This document shows, one piece after another, positions 54,567 to 54,682 of a stretch of DNA of 54,682 nucleotides; the stretch's first letter is position 1; each line of letters starts with the position of its first letter. Source of the stretch: Candidatus Omnitrophota bacterium (GTDB lineage Bacteria > Omnitrophota > Gorgyraeia > Gorgyraeales > Gorgyraeaceae); contig JAUSEX010000022.1 in assembly GCA_030649895.1 (NCBI GenBank), forward strand, positions 1 through 54,682, in the 5' to 3' direction. The position numbers were made by a program, and so were the translations under genes. The notes below the pieces were generated by a model, which saw only the letters and a list, made by a program, of their open reading frames with translations, was not told the DNA's origin and did no database searches.

Positions 54567-54682
54567 CTAGAAATCTATTAAAAAATAGGGACTGGAAGAC
54601 ACATCATATACCCCTATACTCTGAAAATCCATCTTTTTCCTCAAAAGCCATCGTAAATCCACAGGCGGAATCATAAGCACTT

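Noticed and set aside
54604-54682. Possible C-terminal end of a convergent minus-strand gene (..SAYDSACGFTMAFEEKDGFSEYRGI stop) at the right edge
   Set aside because: Only 26 open codons, which is not statistically meaningful. It vaguely resembles an acetyltransferase C-terminus but cannot be supported.
1-54682. Scan for tRNA, rRNA, tmRNA, RNase P, CRISPR arrays, transposases, integrases and toxin-antitoxin pairs
   Set aside because: No T-loop (GGTTCGAATCC-like) or other hallmark RNA sequence occurs in the longer spacers. There are no regularly spaced direct repeats. No ORF has DDE, tyrosine- or serine-recombinase motifs. Nothing can be reported.

Overview
54.7-kb bacterial window, about 40-45% GC by eye. 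About 50 genes, all but two or three on the + strand. Gene content suggests an uncultivated anaerobe, possibly Omnitrophota-like, but that is a guess.

Gene blocks in order:
1. A PIN/PhoH ATPase, then a c-di-GMP-I riboswitch in front of an RlpA-like gene, an unlisted entericidin-type lipoprotein ORF, a six-PKD-repeat secreted protein, and a phosphoesterase-like/thioredoxin/DsbD-like fusion.
2. Mixed housekeeping and signalling genes: M48 peptidase, LOG, YhaM-like, patatin, a hybrid kinase, cysE, csp, glycosyltransferases, and a REC-GGDDF-MshEN protein.
3. An AT-richer stretch of signal-peptide orphan genes (about 20.9-25.7 kb).
4. polA-coaE-rho-rpmE-prfA-prmC-murA-rpsP-trmD-rplS-rnhB-yraN.
5. 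A Wood-Ljungdahl cluster, fhs-fchA-folD-metF-cooC-acsA-cooF-FAD oxidoreductase-acsB-acsC. It lacks acsD/acsE and ends at a perfect 54-bp palindrome.
6. pgsA-der-plsY-dinG.

The signals I would look at first:
- The riboswitch and its terminator/antiterminator logic.
- A dispersed nested-palindrome repeat family (modules AGTTCTCGAC and TTCGAGCGA). It usually sits just after stop codons, but it is also inserted in frame inside prmC and der.
- The GGDEF-family protein fused to a c-di-GMP-binding MshEN-type domain.
- The orphan secreted-protein block, whose promoters share a 17-mer with the PKD gene promoter.

No rRNA, tRNA, CRISPR array, transposase or integrase was seen. Everything was done by eye without searches. 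Hairpin and repeat coordinates are hand-counted and may be off by a base or two.
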